A stretch of DNA of 64,000 nucleotides from Epiperipatus broadwayi (lineage: Eukaryota; Animalia; Onychophora). The stretch's first letter is position 1. Each line of letters starts with the position of its first letter. The notes beneath the pieces were generated by a model. The model made no database searches. It saw only the letters and a list, made by a program, of their open reading frames with translations, and was not told the origin of the DNA. The translations under genes were made by a program, and so were the position numbers. Positions 1 to 9,690 of the stretch are shown here, one piece after another. The DNA is taken from assembly GCA_028023455.1 (NCBI GenBank), contig JAQFVV010000003.1, forward strand, positions 27,218,001-27,282,000, read 5' to 3'.

Positions 1-1099
1 TCCGAATGTTTCCATTAGGAGTGGGGATCTGGCAATAGATAGTAAAGTTTTTTGAAAGACAGAGTCAGAAAACAGCTGCCACAGAAGTGAATGACAGAAT
101 CTACATTCTCCAGACAATAGCTATCAAGCAAAATGGTTGATGCAGTGAGGCAAATCTACATTCAGGGCTGGAAACTGCAATTACCGACATGAGACAAGCT
201 GTTAACCTAATCATGAGGCAGACTGTCATAGTGTAACTAGAAGTGGTAGGAAATCTCTAAGGGCATGTGCAGTCCTTTTTTTCTGTGCTTCACACTTAAA
301 TAGGAGCTATAACTCACCAACAGTAGCAGGTGGAATATAACCATTATAAATACCGTAAATATGCAAATGTATATTTGTTTTCTTGTATTAATAATAAATA
401 TAAAACATGCCCTTAAATTTGAAGTAAGAAAAATTGTTGAAAAAAATAATACCAATTAAAATCAATAATTTGCAATTTTAATGTTTAATAAATTTAATAC
501 TATTTCTCTTGCACTCTAATGCCTTTTATTAAGGTATTTTCTGACAAATTTTGGCAGGCTGCTTTAGCGATTAAAATATACTTATATTACATTAGCCAAT
601 AATCTTATTTTGATGTTGTTGTTGTTTTTGTATATGTGTTGTGTATTGGCTAAATTGTGTAAATAATAAAGTTATATATGTTTGTATGCATAAATAATGA
701 AAATGCTTAATAAGTGAAGTTATGCAAATTACTAATTAATGTAGATATGTTAATTTGCAAGGAGATAATAATAAACTGTTTATGCAAATTATATTTCCAA
801 ACAAAATAGACTCTAAAATGTTAATAAAACATTAAGAATATAGCCAGGCATCAATTCAATGCTAAATGTAATGTGAACAATAAGATGCTTGTTAAATTAG
901 CAGACCATGGGCTGAGAAATATGCCGAAGAGAACATTGTAGTGAAAAGTTAATGAAGAGTTAACAGAGTGAAAGGACTGATAAGAAAATACAGCATTATA
1001 GTATGACTCTATACAGAATTATGCATTCATGATTAAGATTGATTTAGCTGCTAATTGAAAATACCAACAAGCTATTAATATGTTCTGAGAAATAATTTC

Positions 1100-2384
1100 G
1101 GTAATACAGCATCTATTGAGCCACACCATCTGATGGCGCTGTTGCTAGTGAAAAACAAATAGATATAACGTTACCGGGCTGTATTTCAAATTTTTTTGTG
1201 ATTTATGGTTTTAATTTTTGGATTGGTTTGAATTTTTTTACTTTTTTTTTTTTTTGTTTTGTTGTTTGTTATTGTTTTTTTTTTTTTTTTTTTTGTAACC
1301 AGTTTGATGTATTTATTTTTATTAAAAATCAAAAAATGGTTTTTTTTTTTTTGCCTTTTAAAAATATTCCGTCTTTTTTTTTTTTAATAAAAAGCAAAAA
1401 AAAAACATTATTTCTTTTTGTCCGGTCTCTCTTTTTTTTTTTTTTAAAGAAACAATCTTTTTTTTATTTATATAACCAAGTCTTTTTGGATTGTTTTTGA
1501 AGAAACTTTTTTTTGGTTTGTTTTGTTTATCGAGAAACAAGGCTTTCTCGACACACCTCTCTAAGTCCTTACGGCCATTTTGACACCTTTCCAAGTCAGC
1601 TGTAATATGCTTCACTGTAAGCTGATCCCATGTTCAAGAATCAATTCACCATACCAGTTGGGAAAAAGTGATTCCCAGTCAGCCCTCAAAGCCCATCCCA
1701 TGAGCGAATGGAACCCCTTCGTCGGCATTGACGCGATCGATCTTCCATTCCAGATGTTTGACAATGCCTTAATTTCATTAAACCACCACAAAAGACAGTT
1801 TTTTTTCCTGGCTGTGTCAAATATTTTCTTTTTTGGGGTTGGAGGAAGGCCAGCGCATTTGCCTTCTGTAGCAGGTCAATCTCAAAACTACAATGCTGAA
1901 TGGTCGTCTGTCATTGAACTGTTGTTTTGATCTCGAAAAAGTCTCGGAAAGTGTGCGACTTGATCGTGAACTTTTCCAAATCGTGATTTACACTCCTCAT
2001 TTCATCAATTCTGACCCCTGACAATGAAAGGAGGTCCATTTGACAATTCGTTACAATTTTTGCCAACTCACATCAATTACAATACATCGAAGCAAAAAAA
2101 AAAAAATCCGTTCAAGAGACTTTTTGTCATTACAAGTACAGAAACCTTCATATCATACGCTGTACAATAGTCAAGAGTAATGTCTAGAGAGAGTGTCATA
2201 TACTCATCACTAATAATGTTCAACATGCTAGAGATGTTGGGGTAAGGGTGCACTTCAACATCGTAGTGTTTGAACAGTTTACAGGCCATAAGATCTATGA
2301 GCGGCCTTGTAAACAGCATATTTATGTGCTTTAGTGTAGCAACAGTGTCATCGAACAGTGTGGCTCAATAGATGCTGTATTACC
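1100..2384 (-). mobile_element. Merlin-like (IS1016/IS1595-related) DNA transposon, defective
   Basis: Imperfect ~48-bp TIRs: ggtaatacagcatctattgagccacac...ctgttgcta at 1100, reverse complement ending at 2384. Exact 8-bp TSD ataatttc at 1092-1099 and 2385-2392. A GG start with 8-bp TSD fits Merlin. The minus-strand peptide FCGGLMKLRHCQTSG...QCRRRGSIRSW resembles the Cys-rich N-terminus of Merlin transposases (recalled, not searched). Confidence 0.7.
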
Positions 2385-3174
2385 ATAATTTCATTGTTAA
2401 GGTAAACTTTTTTGACTTAGCATTTTTCTATAATTTATTTTCTAATCTATTTGCACATTTATATAGTATATACTGAATATTATTTCATTTTTATTTCAAC
2501 AAAAAAAAAAAGACAAATTTTATAAAACAATAACTTTCAAAAATCACTGTTCTATTTTAATGTCTCCCAAAACATTAATAATATATTCAACATTATTTTA
2601 GATTACAAGTTACTCATCTTAATTAACTTAATTTCAGATTCATCCCCTGATTACAATAATTTTTAATATGTAATAGAAATCACTCTTTTTCATAGTGACA
2701 AAATAACACTATTGGCAAAGGATCAAGATTAAAATGGATCCACCTATTCTTTAAGTTTTTTATGTTTTAAATTTACTCATATCAATATTGATGGAAGTAT
2801 AGAGTGAATTCAATATATCAATCGGATAAAATATGGCATTAATAATTAAACACAAATTAATAATTGTAAATATTAAATCAGCATAATTCATTATATATGC
2901 AATTAAGGGAGTAAATTACCTCCCTTTCAATCTAAGAATGAATAATACTATGTTTAATAGAAATTTTACTGAAACATTTTTTAATTGTGATATATGTTTA
3001 TATAAATAAAATAAATTTTCTGTTATAGTTTTAATTATTGTAATAATAATAGTAAAACAAAGTATTAATGGTAATAATACATTTTGAAAGGAACTATTAT
3101 GAATCATAAAAGTACTTTCAGTTATTTTCAAAACTATCTTAAACTAAAAATGCTGCTGTGGAATTTATTATTAC

Positions 3175-3539
3175 TGTTATATCCGCACTTACGACTGTGC
3201 CAATGTTATATCCACCAGTCTGATGATGCGGCTATCCAATAATGTTCGCTAATGTTCAACTGCGTATGCTCTCCAACAAATGGTCTGCAATGAATGCTCT
3301 GAATACTCTCTGTATTCTCTGCAATGGATGCTCTCCAAACAAATGGTCTGCAATGAATGCTCTGCCACAGATGCTCTCCAACAAATGGTCTGCACCGACT
3401 GCTCTCCAAACGAATGGTCTGCAACGAATCTATTTCTACAGTTTGCTAAAGTTCAATTCCCACAATGTTCTTTCAGGCTGGCTGCTACAAAACGGTTCAC
3501 AATGGGCATACCTTCACCCCAGTCCAGTGTAGCTGTACA
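3175..3539 (-). repeat. 3' LTR with internal ~24-bp subrepeats (tgctctccaa-c-aatggtctgca)
   Basis: Direct repeat of 4260-4624. The subrepeats explain the repetitive ORFs (MLSNKWSA...) in the ORF track. Confidence 0.8.
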
Positions 3540-4248
3540 TGAACTCTTCATAGTAAGCACTGCGACTGCCACCAGATATCTCCTACTGTAATTGAACAGT
3601 ACCTCTACTGTAGATGCACTCTATACTGTCTGCTACTTGCTACTGCATGACTGCTCTCTACTACTCTCTACATTACACTGCATAGATGTTACCCAGTCTT
3701 CTTATTGCTCTCTGATAACTGCAACAATCAATCAATACACCATCCAATAAGGCAACATCTCTTATCCAGAAATATTTGTAATCAGCAAATATTTTTTGGA
3801 ATTGTCGATTGCCATTACATCAATGCATTAATTAAATTCCTCAGCTATCAGAGCGCGATCTAAAAACAACCTCTCGAATACATTCTAGTTTTTCTGGAGT
3901 GCAAAAATATGTCTGCCATTTTTACAAACACTACACCTCCCTCCACTCCAGAAAAACCCTTGTTGCGATTCCTTGCTGTTGTTTTTCTATTCCTACTTTC
4001 CTGTTATTTCACTCAGAAATATACGATTTAACTGCTGCTGAAACTTTTTCGCTAGTTATGTTCAATGGTGACTGCACAAGTGTGGTGGACTCAGCTTCCG
4101 ATGTTAACTGTGCAAGCATTTTATTTCCAAACTTTTCACTTCCGTTGTTAACATTATACTAACTGGGATTTCCATTTTTACCAGGTTTCCCCATTTATAG
4201 CTAAACTTGTTGTTCACAACTTATTCGCTACTCACAGGTTCCAAATGT

Positions 4249-4258
4249 GACTGCGCCA
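4249..4258 (-). promoter_or_regulatory. Primer-binding site, probably tRNA-Ser
   Basis: Minus strand reads TGGCGCAGTC, matching the complement of the 3' end of invertebrate tRNA-Ser (TGGCGCAGTCGGTAGGATT, from memory). Confidence 0.65.
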
Positions 4259-4259
4259 A

Positions 4260-4624
4260 TGTTATATCTGCACTTACAACTGTGCCAATGTTATATCCGC
4301 CAGTCTGACGGTGCGGCTATCCAATAACATTCGCTAATGTTAAACTGCATATGCTCTCCAATGAATGGTCTGCAACGAATGCTCTGAATACTCTATGTAT
4401 TCTCTGCAATGGATGCTCTCCAAACGAATGGTCTGCAATGAATGCTCTGCCACGGATGCTCTCCAACAAATGGTCTGCACCGACTGCTCTCCAAACGAAT
4501 GGTCTGCAACGAGTCTATTTCTACAGTTCGCTAAAGTTCAATTGCCATGATGTTCTTTCAGGCTGGCTGCTACAAAATGGTTCACAATGGGCATACCTTT
4601 TCCCCAATCCAGTGTAGCTGTACA
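4260..4624 (-). repeat. 5' LTR of the short LTR element
   Basis: Direct repeat of 3175-3539, adjacent to the PBS. Confidence 0.8.
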
Positions 4625-4625
4625 C

Positions 4626-4800
4626 CAGTGATCCCCAACCTTTTTGCACTTAAGAGCACATTTTATAATATCGGCCAGATAGCGGGCACTATTTATTTTT
4701 CAATGTAAATTTATAGTTGGATATTTTTAATAATAGACTAATAACTTATTTTTTAAAGAATTAAGTTATCCATAACTATTTATTAAATACTCTATGAAGC
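4626..4800 (+). mobile_element. hAT (Charlie-like) element terminus, truncated
   Basis: Begins cagtgatccccaaccttttt, a typical hAT terminal motif. No partner TIR found; right boundary is arbitrary. Confidence 0.45.
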
Positions 4801-5039
4801 ACTTATATTTCAATAACTTACAAAAGGCAATACACACACATTTTTCATGAGGCACTTTTCATGTTTGACTGACTTAACAATTCTCTTCAGATATTTGCCA
4901 TATCTTTTATTTACTCTTTCAAACTTGCAACAAGTTTTGGATATTTTGAATTGCTTACTGAACACTAATTTATTTTATTAGTATAAAAATTGAGTAGGTA
5001 TAAGTTTGCTTTCATTGCTAGCAATGTTTATACACTTAC

Positions 5040-5138
5040 CTGTTTGGTCATCCCTTCACTACTAGAAAAGGGAAAGATTGCTATACTGCTACAATCTTCC
5101 TTTTGGTTGTGTTCTATATGCCTGCTTGACAATTCTTC
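5040..5138 (-). other. Candidate isolated 99-nt exon (EELSSRHIEHNQKEDCSSIAIFPFSSSEGMTKQ)
   Basis: Acceptor ctacttatattcag, perfect donor CAG|gtaagt, open in only one frame, length a multiple of 3. No homology recognised. Confidence 0.2.
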
Positions 5139-6379
5139 CTGAATATAAGTAGAATAGGCAATGGAATACTATAACAAAGTGATAAACTTGCTCATCATAG
5201 GTGGTTGTTTGCTATAGCTTGCCAATCTTTTTAATATAATTTATATTCAAGTTTTCATATGTCATAAACTTTAATTAGTGATACAGCATTAAGATATAAA
5301 AGATTAGGAATAATAATCTGACTGTATTTTAAAAAGGAACAATGTTAAAAAATGTCCCATTACAAGACTGAAGCAAAGATAAACCAAAACACAGACATAC
5401 AGAGAATTTGGGATAAGAACAATGTTAGTAGTAGGTATAATTATCATGAGAGTGGAGGCATTTTTTCCTAACCTAAAATAACATTTATAAAACTCAATGT
5501 CTTTCAAAATGATTAATAATAACAATAGAGCAAAAAATGCCAAAAAATTAGATATACAATACATCCAAAGAAGGAAAAAAATTGAATAAAATGTGATGTT
5601 TATATTTACATTAAATTTAATTATTTGAAATTAAACCTTTTTTAAAAAATAAAAATTCGTTTCTTTTCAATTTTTTCCCTCTCATAAAATTCAAAAAATA
5701 AATAATACTATTTTACATGAGAGTGGTGTAATGAAAGATATCAAGTTGTCAATATGATCATATAGATTGGAGTGTTTGCTTTTTTTTTTTTTTGAAGAAC
5801 GAAGATTGTGAAATGTATGCGTACTGAGAGAGTGATCTGAATTTATATGCTGTTAGATGATCATGATAAAGTGAGTTGAGAAGACAAATAATATATTGTA
5901 CCGGTCAAAACATGTTTATCCATCTAACGTGAGATGGAAATCACAAAATGTACTTCAAACCCAGTCAAGCCCAAGATTTAGGTCAGGGACCAGCCTGAAT
6001 TCGAACCCACTCTCTAAGCCCTAGATTAAACAGCTAATGAATAACATAATAGTGATGGCACATGAGAATTAATTTTAATCCGGCCGACTAGCAAAGCTGA
6101 GCAAAACAATGAGACATCTATTAACTATGACTAAACTAAAATATATATATACAGGCAGGCTTTACTTTTGGAAGTGGAGAAAAGAAGGAATTCGAACTAC
6201 TCAAATAAGTTAGACAATAAAATATATTTTAATATACTGACAAATTATTATACATTTATAAATTAAATACATTAGTATGTGCGTGAATGAGCAAGCAATA
6301 GATAATTACATAGTGTCATTCGCGCTATTATTTCTCATATGCTCTTAATTAGCTAAATAATATATTACAAATAAACACA

Positions 6380-6490
6380 CATCTTTGGTGGGTCCAATAT
6401 TAAGATGCCAATCGAATATTAGAAAGAATTACATAATACTGCCATTAATGCTTTGATTTACGGTTCAGAAACATGGTGACTAACATATAT
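6380..6490 (+). mobile_element. RTE-type LINE ORF2 fragment
   Basis: TAC GGT TCA GAA ACA TGG = YGSETW, a post-RT motif of RTE-clade LINEs. Confidence 0.5.
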
Positions 6491-6763
6491 TTTCTAGGAG
6501 CATTCCGAAATTAATTATACATATGATATAAACTATTTTCACACCATTGAGATCGTGAAAATAAATAAAATACATTTGAAAACATTTGATTATATTTGAA
6601 TCTATGACAAAATATTTAATGAAAAATTATTTTAACAATAGTAAGACAAACGCTTTATTTTTCCCAAGGCATATATATACTCTTAAATATAGAAATAAGT
6701 TATGATGGTGGAATTGTATGATAAGATTGAAATAACATTTAATCAATAAAACTAGAAGTAGTT

Positions 6764-6766
<3 letters not shown>

Positions 6767-6793
<27 letters not shown>
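6767..6793. repeat. (AT)n microsatellite
   Basis: Direct reading. Confidence 0.9.
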
Positions 6794-6797
<4 letters not shown>

Positions 6798-7897
6798 GCA
6801 GAGTACAATTTTAATATTAGAGCATTAAAACTGGGTCATGAAGCAAAAGAAATAATAATACGAAAAATGTTGCAGTGCTGACATAATAGCCTAAAAATAA
6901 TTAAGAGGAAAAGGTCATGCTTCTGGATGAAAAACAAAATCTCACACCCCCTTCTTGGGTAGTGCTTAGAGAAAAGTGGATAGGCATGGCGTGGCCCAGA
7001 CTTTTGCTGGTATAACCGACGCGAGAGGCCTTTTATCTACGAAGTGAATATGCATAGTGTGTGCCAAACTTATGGGATCACCACCAGAGGCATTTTATAT
7101 AAAATAAATATGATTCCGGATAGCTCAACTATCTACAGAATGAGATATGAGAAGAAATCTATGGGTTCGAACTTGTCCCAACCCCCAGATTAAGACTAGA
7201 AGCACGTAATATATATATACGAAGATAGGCTAAATGTTAGTAATGCAGAATGAATGTCCCTAATGACATTGAATAAGATTTACTGCTTTTAAAAATAAAT
7301 GACCCTTGTTTGAGTACTATAATTTAGACAAATAATACGCTATGCAGTTATAATATATATAGAGAAATTTAGATTTCATTTACTAACATATACTTGAAGA
7401 TTTTATTTAGTAAAAGAAACATTAAGATTTACTTAATAACTAAAATAGCAAAATATTAAAATTTACCCCCTTCCCTTTCTGTTATTTAAAATAAATCAAT
7501 CCCACCTTTATTGATTTTACAATAAATGGAATATATAAGTACTTTATTTGAGATTTTAAGAGTATGTAGAAATAAGAAGACTGGCAGTTATAAAAAATAA
7601 CTATTGGGTCACTCTTTCAGAATTTAATAAAAAAACAACATTTTAAAAGATTTCAAAGCGTTAATTAGCTTAAGTTCTGGATTTACCCAGGGTAGAAAAT
7701 CCAGAGTTAAACAAATATATATATATGATATTAAAGCATAAACAAAATGTTGATGTAAAACAATCTGGTGAGCATATTAATTAATACTGCATTATGTTTT
7801 AAAAGGGGACGTTAATAACTTGCTTCATGAAGGTTTACATAAAAATTACAAAAAAGATTTTTATAAATTAAGCTTGCCAGTTTGCATGAGATTGGCA

Positions 7898-7898
7898 A

Positions 7899-7938
<40 letters not shown>

Positions 7939-7956
7939 GTAGTAGTAATAGTAGTA

Positions 7957-8000
<44 letters not shown>
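7898..8000. repeat. (AAT)n/(AGT)n compound microsatellite
   Basis: Direct reading; explains the poly-Ile ORF 7812-8108. Confidence 0.95.
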
Positions 8001-8003
<3 letters not shown>

Positions 8004-8384
8004 GCATATACATATAAAATCACGTAATAAATAACTAACCGCACCAAAATTAAAGAAAGTTAGAGCATATGAGAGAGAATTAAATTTCAAGAAATCATTT
8101 GAGAGCAATTTACTTATTATATATAGAAATTAACTAAGAGCAAATTACATATTAACAAAACAAAGTTAAATAATATATTAAAAGAAATCTTGATAGATGA
8201 GTTGGGTTAGATTTAGTTTGCGGTGACGGCTTAAAAAGTTACCTGGCAATTTTAAGAGTCCGATTTAAAATATTGCACGTGCACGGCAATTGAAATGAAA
8301 GTTCTTAAATAACTGCAAGCTTCTAGTAGCATTAAAGTTCTTAGGTCAGGCTTTTACTTCCTCTTGGGCAGCAGAATGAGATAG

Positions 8385-8426
8385 CCACTGAAGATGATGA
8401 CCCGACAGGGTCGAGCAGGTTGGTGG
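8385..8426 (+). ncRNA. Degenerate hammerhead-like motif (Penelope-type 3' end)
   Basis: cca CUGAAGA ugau GACCC-gaca-GGGUC GAGC agguugg. Perfect 5-bp stem II, but GAAA is replaced by GAGC and there is an extra gat. Confidence 0.35.
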
Positions 8427-9229
8427 ATTTATATTACATCATTTTTAGTTTCACAGTGACATGTAACATCTTTACACTCAGTTCTCTCAATAGTAGCTAA
8501 TCCCTCTGTGATTCAAAATTCAGTCATTTTATACTTTTTCTTTTATCAGTTGTTTTTGAAGATGCAACAGTAAGATGACATCCAAAAATAAATTCAAATC
8601 TATTTCCAGATTAGAAATAGATTTGACAACATGTTTCCAACAAAAGTATCCCTAATCTTAATCCCATTTTAAGTAAAACTTTAATTAAAAAATACCATCC
8701 CCAGATTAAAACAATAGTGTTTCCAACCCTTAATTATTTTTGACAATTAACAACAGTCACATCTTCTATATTGGATTTTATAATAGTTTAATAAAAAAAA
8801 CAAGCAATTTAAAAAGAAAAAGTCAAAAAATGACATATAATAAAATATTTTTAAAAAAATCAATATTTTGTTAGTAAGTTTTGCTCCTATATATATTTTT
8901 GAGTCGCACATATGTATTTTAATAAAAAGAATTAATAATAATTTTAAAACATGTTATTGAAACATTAAATTTTATAATTTAGGCATGCATCTCAAATATA
9001 TACATAAAATATATATACACGACAAAAGGAGCGGGATGGGAAATAGGGATTTAAACATAGGTTAGTAGGTGGAAACATGAAGCTCAATCTTAAGCTAAGA
9101 TTGACTGCTTCAATATACATATATTTACACTTACATATGTATGTATATAAATATGAACAGAATTAATTTTGTATTTGTGTCCCTGAGTTTAAAATTTCTT
9201 GTTATGAACTGCTAGAACTACCAGAAACT

Positions 9230-9479
9230 ATAAATGTTGTGATGGATAGATTGGGAAAATATAAAATAGATATTGCTGCCTTATAAAGGACAATATGCTG
9301 ACACAATGCAGTAGACAAATAGGAGTAAAGTATTCTGATGGAGATTTTAATGAAAAATATATGGCAAAAGTTGATATGCAGAGAAAAAAGGCAAATATTA
9401 ATAAGGCTGTTATAGTATTTCTAGCATCTGAGGAATATGTATTTCTCTTTTTGCATGAGAATAAATGGTACTATTTAAG
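9230..9479 (+). mobile_element. LINE AP-endonuclease fragment, interrupted by a MITE
   Basis: MDRLGKYKIDIAAL* resembles the L..YKIDIAALQE motif of LINE APE domains. Degenerate LINE-like sequence appears to resume after 9690. Confidence 0.5.
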
Positions 9480-9690
9480 TAGCCGGGCTTGGCTGCTTGA
9501 TGGCATTCTCTCTAGCCAAAAACACCTACAAGTGCCGTTTATCTGGCCTGACCTATGGCTAAGAAAACACTTCTGTTTATCTCAGCCATGGCAAGCCACT
9601 TCATGGCATTGCATAGAAATCATGCCCGGTAATGTTGCATTGTATAGTTTTTGACTGGCAACAATGTCATCAAGTGTCCAAGCCTGGCTA
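9480..9690. mobile_element. 211-bp MITE
   Basis: ~28-bp imperfect TIRs: tagccgggcttggctgcttgatggcatt and aatgtcatcaagtgtccaagcctggcta. The outer TA may be the TSD. Confidence 0.7.

Larger units (their letters stand above)
3175..4624 (-). mobile_element. Short non-autonomous LTR retrotransposon (TRIM-like), 1450 bp
   Basis: Two 365-bp direct repeats (3175-3539, 4260-4624), both TG...CA, about 24 differences by manual alignment. PBS TGGCGCAGTC on the minus strand lies 1 nt inside the right LTR. The 720-bp interior has no gag/pol motif I can recognise. No TSD recovered. Confidence 0.75.

Noticed and set aside
1198-1615. Phe/Lys-rich ORFs
   Set aside because: Products of homopolymer runs.
3216-3260. 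CUGAUGA followed by GC-rich sequence in the LTR, possible hammerhead
   Set aside because: No stem II or GAAA downstream, and the sister LTR reads CUGACGG.
3242-4617. ORFs MLSNKWSA.../MVCNECSE... as repeat proteins
   Set aside because: They are translations of LTR subrepeats and are open in several frames.
5940-6040. tRNA gene or SINE (minus-strand B-box GGTTCGAATTC); similar hints near 7150, 33040, 34570 and 60130
   Set aside because: No cloverleaf or clear A-box, and the sites do not align with each other.
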